Shown here: one piece after another, positions 58,380 to 64,000 of the stretch
How the letters are laid out: each line of letters begins with the position of its first letter
How positions within the stretch are numbered: position 1 is the stretch's first letter
The notes under the pieces: generated by a model
Databases searched by the model: none
Told to the model about the DNA's origin: nothing
What the model saw: only the letters and a program-made list of their open reading frames with translations
Assembly (NCBI GenBank): GCA_019745315.1
Contig: JAIETH010000001.1
Span: 13,049 to 77,048, forward strand
Direction: 5' to 3'
Length of the DNA stretch: 64,000 nt
Source: Patescibacteria group bacterium
GTDB lineage: Bacteria > Patescibacteriota > Minisyncoccia > Phycocordibacterales > UBA918
Translations under genes and position numbers: made by a program

Positions 58380-58525
58380 ACCTACACTACGTTTACTATT
58401 TTTAAGTTTGGCTGCGCCCAGTTTCAGGGGGCAATTGTTATCGCAGTCTTTACGTGTGGTATGAAATGTATCTATAACAAGTTTATCAATTTGATAAACT
58501 ATGTCAATGGGTTTATACTGGGGAT

Positions 58526-58783
58526 ATGTCAAAGAAACTATCTTTTAAGCAACTCGACATACAAATTGGTCAGAAAATTAAAGGGTGTCGTCAGAAAGCA
58601 AATTACTCGCAAACCAATCTTGCAGAGTTGTTGAAATATGAATCACCAACAGCAATTTCATTAATTGAAAGTGGTGAAAGAAGCCTAAAAATTCACGATC
58701 TTATTATTCTCTGTCAACTCTTTGATAAAGATTATAATCACTTTATTGGTCGTCCGTCTGAACATAAAAATAGGATAATTTAG
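58526..58783 (+). CDS. XRE family HTH regulator
   Basis: IK..R....SQTNLAE......ISLIESGER; directly upstream of Avs4. Confidence 0.85.
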   Translation: MSKKLSFKQLDIQIGQKIKGCRQKANYSQTNLAELLKYESPTAISLIESGERSLKIHDLIILCQLFDKDYNHFIGRPSEHKNRII

Positions 58784-58844
58784 TAGGACTACTCACATAC
58801 CAGATAAGTTCGAGATACTAAGCTAAAAATGGTAAAATCGAGTT

Positions 58845-61800
58845 GTGATCGCCAATGTTAACTGGAACAACTTTAGGGTAAAATTCGACAACCAAAACGA
58901 GGTCGCTTTTGAACGTCTCTGTTATCTCTTGTTTTGCAAAGAATTTAACAAAAACCTCGGAATATTCAGATTCAAAAACCATGCTGGAATTGAGACCAAT
59001 CCCGTTGAACATGAAGGTAAGATTATTGGTTGGCAAGCAAAATTTTATAGCACAGCACTATCGCAACATACTGCCGATTTCAAAGAATCTATCGATAAAA
59101 CTAAGGAAAGACATCCTGAAGTAAATAAGATTATCTTCTACACGAATCAGGAGTTTGGTCAGGATAAAATGAAGACGGATCCGCGATATAAGAAAGATCT
59201 AGAGACTCATGCAAAATCGAATGGAGTAGAAATTGAATGGAGGACAGGAAGCTACTTTGAGTCACTGTTTGTATCTGAAGACAACTTCAGCATTGCACAG
59301 CATTTCTTTGACCTTAAGCCTGGCATCATTGATTCTATTATTGAACTGCAAAAGTACACCGACCAAGTATTGCAACCGATCCGGTCGCAGATTGCTTTCG
59401 GAGAGAATTCTGTCAAACTTGATAGGTCTTCAATCGTCGGAGGAATCAGAGATACAGCCAAGAACTTTCCGATTGTCGTTCTAAGTGGTGGTGCAGGGGT
59501 TGGTAAAACAGCAGTCGTAAAGGATCTATACGAAGCAGTTAAAGAATCGACACCGTACCTTGTCTTTAAAGCCACGCAATTCAAGAGTGCAACACATATA
59601 AATCAGCTTTTCAAGGATTATGGAGAGATAACAGCAACAGAATTTATTGCTGAACATAAAGATATCAATGAAAAATATGTGGTCTTTGATTCATCTGAGA
59701 GACTTTCAGAGATTGAGGATCAGGATGTATTTAGAATGTTTCTATCCGAACTGGTCACAAATGGGTGGACTGTCATTTTTACAGTACGGCATAGTTACCT
59801 TGATGATCTACGATTTCAGTTAAAGGAATTTTATGGAACCAATTTCGCATCTCTTAATATTCCATATCTCTCAACAGAAGAAGTAGAAAAAATTTCCAAA
59901 GAATTTAAATTTGAAATCCCAAAAAATGCCAGACTGGCAAATCTGCTATTAACGCCACTTTATCTGAGCGAATATTTGCAGGATTATAGCGAGAGTAGAG
60001 CAAACATTAGCTATAATGATTTCCGTGAAACTATCTGGAAGAAACAGATTCAGAACTCAAGTTATCAATCAAATAACTTGCATAGGCGCAGAGAGGAATG
60101 TTTTCTGAAGGTTGCGAAGCAGCGAGCAAATGAAGGTGGTTTCTTTGTAAAAACTGATGAATCAGATCACGAGGCACTTCAAAAGTTAGGGGCAAGCGAA
60201 ATCATAAAATTTGATTCAAAAGCTGGAGGCTATTTCATAACCCATGACGTGTACGAGGAATGGGCGTTGGATATACTCATTGAGAGAGCCTTCAATAGTG
60301 CATCAGACTACCAGAGTTTTTATGCTGAAATTGGTAACTCGCTTCCAATTCGACGTGCTTTTAGGAATTGGTTATCTGATAAGCTCTTTGCTAATGATGA
60401 CAAGGCAAAGAAGCTGATTGAATTTACTGTCCAAGATTCCAGTTTTGAAAATCACTGGAAAGATGAAGTTTTAGTCTCGGTACTTCTTTCCGATTACTCA
60501 GAAGTGTTTTTTGAACTCTTTGAAAAAGAACTACTTACAGATCCTGAGCGAGTAGTTTCAGTCGTAAGCGCTACTGAAGGAATTAGAGTATTTGATATTA
60601 ATTACCAAATTGAGAAGAAACTTATACATAGAATTCTCTTCCTTCTACGCATTGCTTGTAAGACAGTTGATGAGGACTTTTTGAGTCGTCTGGGTTTGAG
60701 TCGTGCAAACGCATTATCGCTAGAAACGATTTTTACTACTCCAAAGGGCAGTGGGTGGTCTTCAACAATTGCTTTCATCAATAAGCATAAAGATAAGTTC
60801 AAGCTCATGTACATGCACGTCATCCTTCCTGTTCTGGACGATTGGAATCGAAGTCATCAGCAAGGTGAGACTACAAAGAATGCAAGCCAGATTGCTCTTT
60901 TTTACTACAATACTCTAACAGCACAAAAAGATTTTTACTTTGGTTCAAGAGATAGTACTAAAGAACCACTAATTAGAACCATTTTAAATGGATCTGGCGA
61001 GATAAAAGAAGAGTTAAGTAAGATTATCAAAGCTGTTGTATTAACAAAAGACACTACACACCGAAGCAGGTATTATGAGTTAGTAAATACAATACTCTCA
61101 TCGATCCTAGATAGTACAGTAGCGGCAAGGAATCTGCCGAAGGAAGTTATAAAGCTTGCGAATCTGTTTTGGTTTGATAATTCTCCTGAGGATGAGTACT
61201 CTCACTTAAACTATCGAAATGATCTTGAACAGTATTACGGTCTTACGTCGGGTCATCTCGATTATTATCCAGCCAGTGCTTATCAAACCCCAATAGGAAC
61301 ATTGCTCCAAACTGCTCCGCAAGAAACAGTAAATTTTATTCTTGCGTTCACAAATAAAGTAATTGAATATTTTTCTAAATCGGAATTAGGAAACGAAGCG
61401 GAGTACATTGACGTTATCATTGACGAAGTTGGAACAACCGTTAAACAATATATTGGTCACCGTATTTGGAACATATATCGTGGCACCCAGACGAATCCTC
61501 CTTTACTAGAGTCCATTCACATGGCTTTAGAAAGTTGGTTACTTTGGTTAGCAAAGACATATGATGTAGAATTGGTAGAAAACTGGTGTTTTTATTTAAT
61601 TAAACATTCCCGATCTACATCAATTACGGCAATAGTTGTAAGTGTGGTTCTTGCTGAACCAACAAAGCTTTTCAATGTTGCAAAGATTCTTTTAAAGAAT
61701 AAGGATTTCTTCTTCTTTGATCTCTCTCGACTGCAGTTAGATAGATCACATGCAAAGTTTTCCTACTCAATGGCTCATGATCCTGGAGGGATATTTAGAA

Positions 61801-63680
61801 ACGAACGATTGCAAACTTGTGAAGATAAGCATCGTGAACGCTACCTTGAAAATCAAGCTTTGAATTACCAATTATTTTCTGACGAAGGTGAAAAAGAAGA
61901 TTTGGCAAAAGGTAGGCAAGAGGCCGTATGGAAGATACTAGACGAACATTATGCAAAGTTACCAAACAAGAAGAAAGAAACTAACAGCGATAAAACGTGG
62001 AGACTTACCTTGGCCAGAATGGATCGTCGAAAGATGAAAATCTCTACAGAGGAGAAAGACAAACAAATTTTTATAAGCTTTAATCCTGAAATTGATCCTG
62101 AACTGCGACAGTACAGCGAAAATGCTCAAGCTAAGAGTTCAGAGGCATTGAAATATACGCCTTTACAATTATGGTCTCACAATAAGTTTGAGAAGAATGA
62201 GGATGCTAAAAAGTATCTTCAATATGAAGATGGTCACGATTTGACACTTTCTGAAACAAAGACAATTCTTGAAAAATTAACTATCGAGAAAGACGAAGGG
62301 AGCCAATTTAGGTTGTTCTATCATTCAGTTCCAGCTTACGTTTGTTCTGTACTTCTCAGAGATTATGCAGAAGAGCTAAGTCCAGAAGACGCAGAATTCT
62401 GTAAAGATATTGTGCTTGACTATGCTTCCATGCCTTTACGGGAAGGTTACAGCTATCAGATTGGAGATGGATTGGAAGCAGCAGTAAATATTCTTCCTCT
62501 TCTAATCAAAAAGTTCCCTAAGGACGCTGCAAAAATTAAAGAAGTGTTATTATTGATCCTCTTTGATTCTTATCCAATCGGTACGAGTCAGCGAGTTTCT
62601 GATTATGCAGTCGCATCCATTTTGCAATATTTATGGCCAGAAAGTCCTAATGATGCTAATGCCATACTGTATGGATATTTGTTACTTAAACCAAAATTTG
62701 ATCAGATAAGTGAATCTATCAGGGAAGAGAACCGAAAGAATCAGAAACGTGATTTTTCTAGAATTCCAGTGCTGAAACGATTCAAGAAAGAATGTAAAAC
62801 TGGAATTAAGAAAGTTGTTTCCAGTCAGCTTTCTTATGGAAATATACAAAATGCCGCTGAAATAGATCCTGACGTACTCGTGACCGCTTTTCTATTAGTA
62901 CCATTAAAAACTACCGACGCTGATCATAAGAAGTTTTTGCGAGACATAAGTCCGACTCTCATTGAGGCATTTAAGAATGAGGACAGAGAAGAACGCCTCG
63001 ACTATGTTCTTGAACACAGGTTCTTGGATAAATTTGCTCACTTCGTACTTTACTCACCCAAAGAAGAAATTGAGGCGTATGTAGAACCATTCATCGAGCT
63101 TATTGGCGACTTCAGACGAAGGAAGGATGTGGCTGATGTATTCGAAGCGTTTATTATTGCGGAAGATGCAATAAACCAGTACGAGGAATTCTGGATTGTG
63201 TGGCAAGTTTTCTATCCAAAGATAGTAGAACTCTGCTCAGATGAACACCACCTCAGGTATTCAGAGAATGTCGTCTATAAGTATCTCTTGGCTGTACAGT
63301 GGAATAAGGCTGCTAAAGAGTGGCATTCTCTGAAAGATAGAGAGCGGGCTTTCTTCAAGAAAGTCTCTGAGGAGATGGGTGGGAACGCACCTGTTTTATA
63401 TGCACTTGCAAAACTTCTAAACGATATTGGAAGTAACTTTGCCACTGACGGTATCGCTTGGATTAGCGGTTTACTACAAAAGAATTCAAATCTTTCTCAT
63501 AAAGAATTGGAAGTAAACACCGTTTACTATCTAGAAAATCTTGTACGAAGCTATATTCTCAAGAATCGTCAAAAGATTAAAACTGACCCACAGTTGAAAA
63601 AGCAGATCCTTGTCATTTTAGATTTTCTCCTAGAAAAAGCTTCGGTAACTGCCTACCTATTGAGAGAAGATATTTTATAA
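58845..63680 (+). CDS. avs4: AVAST type 4 anti-phage STAND nuclease (Avs4-like)
   Basis: NW.NF..KF...FE..CYLLFC.EF...GIFR.KN..GIETNP...GWQAKFY nuclease domain, SGGAGVGKT, YFITHDVYEEWAL, 1611 aa; resembles E. coli Avs4 as recalled. Confidence 0.85.
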   Translation: MIANVNWNNFRVKFDNQNEVAFERLCYLLFCKEFNKNLGIFRFKNHAGIETNPVEHEGKIIGWQAKFYSTALSQHTADFKESIDKTKERHPEVNKIIFYTNQEFGQDKMKTDPRYKKDLETHAKSNGVEIEWRTGSYFESLFVSEDNFSIAQHFFDLKPGIIDSIIELQKYTDQVLQPIRSQIAFGENSVKLDRSSIVGGIRDTAKNFPIVVLSGGAGVGKTAVVKDLYEAVKESTPYLVFKATQFKSATHINQLFKDYGEITATEFIAEHKDINEKYVVFDSSERLSEIEDQDVFRMFLSELVTNGWTVIFTVRHSYLDDLRFQLKEFYGTNFASLNIPYLSTEEVEKISKEFKFEIPKNARLANLLLTPLYLSEYLQDYSESRANISYNDFRETIWKKQIQNSSYQSNNLHRRREECFLKVAKQRANEGGFFVKTDESDHEALQKLGASEIIKFDSKAGGYFITHDVYEEWALDILIERAFNSASDYQSFYAEIGNSLPIRRAFRNWLSDKLFANDDKAKKLIEFTVQDSSFENHWKDEVLVSVLLSDYSEVFFELFEKELLTDPERVVSVVSATEGIRVFDINYQIEKKLIHRILFLLRIACKTVDEDFLSRLGLSRANALSLETIFTTPKGSGWSSTIAFINKHKDKFKLMYMHVILPVLDDWNRSHQQGETTKNASQIALFYYNTLTAQKDFYFGSRDSTKEPLIRTILNGSGEIKEELSKIIKAVVLTKDTTHRSRYYELVNTILSSILDSTVAARNLPKEVIKLANLFWFDNSPEDEYSHLNYRNDLEQYYGLTSGHLDYYPASAYQTPIGTLLQTAPQETVNFILAFTNKVIEYFSKSELGNEAEYIDVIIDEVGTTVKQYIGHRIWNIYRGTQTNPPLLESIHMALESWLLWLAKTYDVELVENWCFYLIKHSRSTSITAIVVSVVLAEPTKLFNVAKILLKNKDFFFFDLSRLQLDRSHAKFSYSMAHDPGGIFRNERLQTCEDKHRERYLENQALNYQLFSDEGEKEDLAKGRQEAVWKILDEHYAKLPNKKKETNSDKTWRLTLARMDRRKMKISTEEKDKQIFISFNPEIDPELRQYSENAQAKSSEALKYTPLQLWSHNKFEKNEDAKKYLQYEDGHDLTLSETKTILEKLTIEKDEGSQFRLFYHSVPAYVCSVLLRDYAEELSPEDAEFCKDIVLDYASMPLREGYSYQIGDGLEAAVNILPLLIKKFPKDAAKIKEVLLLILFDSYPIGTSQRVSDYAVASILQYLWPESPNDANAILYGYLLLKPKFDQISESIREENRKNQKRDFSRIPVLKRFKKECKTGIKKVVSSQLSYGNIQNAAEIDPDVLVTAFLLVPLKTTDADHKKFLRDISPTLIEAFKNEDREERLDYVLEHRFLDKFAHFVLYSPKEEIEAYVEPFIELIGDFRRRKDVADVFEAFIIAEDAINQYEEFWIVWQVFYPKIVELCSDEHHLRYSENVVYKYLLAVQWNKAAKEWHSLKDRERAFFKKVSEEMGGNAPVLYALAKLLNDIGSNFATDGIAWISGLLQKNSNLSHKELEVNTVYYLENLVRSYILKNRQKIKTDPQLKKQILVILDFLLEKASVTAYLLREDIL

Positions 63681-63696
63681 AGCTAGTAGAAAAATT

Positions 63697-64000
63697 ATGA
63701 ACTACGATGAACTTATAAAAAACTGGCATGCCAAAGCAATAAACGAGGATTTCTTCTCGGGCTTTGTTTTTGAATACTTGGCATTTATTGCGTTTCTAAG
63801 GAAGCGTCTTTTTCAGGATGCTCGTGATGATAGAAGAGCTATTCAGATGTTAAAGCGTGATGAGGAAGTGAGGGCTGAATATTTGCATTGCGTTAAAGCT
63901 GACGAACATCTTACTGATGCTTGGAATAACATCATCGCCGAATTGGTGAGGGCGCAACTCGGTAATGTCAGAGGTAATGGAAACATTGTCGATGAAATTG
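63697..64000 (+). CDS. hypothetical protein, truncated by window end
   Basis: Open frame MNYDELIKNWHAKAINEDFFSGFVFEYLAFIAF... 16 nt after the avs4 stop. Confidence 0.6.
   Translation, partial: MNYDELIKNWHAKAINEDFFSGFVFEYLAFIAFLRKRLFQDARDDRRAIQMLKRDEEVRAEYLHCVKADEHLTDAWNNIIAELVRAQLGNVRGNGNIVDEI

Larger units (their letters stand above)
52077..64000. mobile_element. integrated element / defence island next to tRNA-Trp (runs off the window)
   Basis: AT-richer sequence after the tRNA; serine recombinase, ParB-methylase, HTH genes, Avs4; distal boundary not visible. Confidence 0.7.

Noticed and set aside
1-64000. Alternative genetic code (TGA=Gly) as in Gracilibacteria/Absconditabacteria
   Set aside because: Conserved genes are full length under code 11 and several end in TGA (pirin, ftsA).
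52003-64000. att repeat of the tRNA-Trp 3' end
   Set aside because: No second copy found by eye in the window, so integration into the tRNA itself is unproven.

Overview
Chromosomal segment of a Patescibacteria/CPR bacterium, most consistent with Parcubacteria (standard code, TGA used as stop). The assignment rests on a short IF2, a degenerate HisRS paralog, DUF5667, arrays of VirB2/TrbC-like pilins and SD-less or leaderless housekeeping genes. All protein calls are by motif recognition; no database search was run. Core content: ftsZ-ftsA, ybeY, rpsU, lepB, pth, rpsA, gyrA, rbfA, infB, cysteine desulfurase, clpB, a type IV pilus/T2SS cluster, DinJ/YafQ-type TA, six tRNAs, and pilins fused to cell-wall hydrolase domains. 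From tRNA-Trp to the window end is an island with a serine recombinase, a C4-like antisense RNA, a ParB-methylase and an Avs4-type AVAST protein. Main candidates for new biology: (1) 13 mostly GC-rich orphan genes at 10 loci, all on the minus strand, that carry strong Shine-Dalgarno sites in a genome whose own genes do not; they include an alphaproteobacterial-type FlbT, a small alarmone hydrolase, a macro-like protein ending in -LAA, a wHTH regulator and an SPFH operon, suggesting a cargo set written for expression in a host cell (inference); (2) 'zig-zag' fold-back elements with conserved cores whose arms are copied from the adjacent gene end (ftsZ, tRNA-Leu, tRNA-Tyr, tRNA-Lys).
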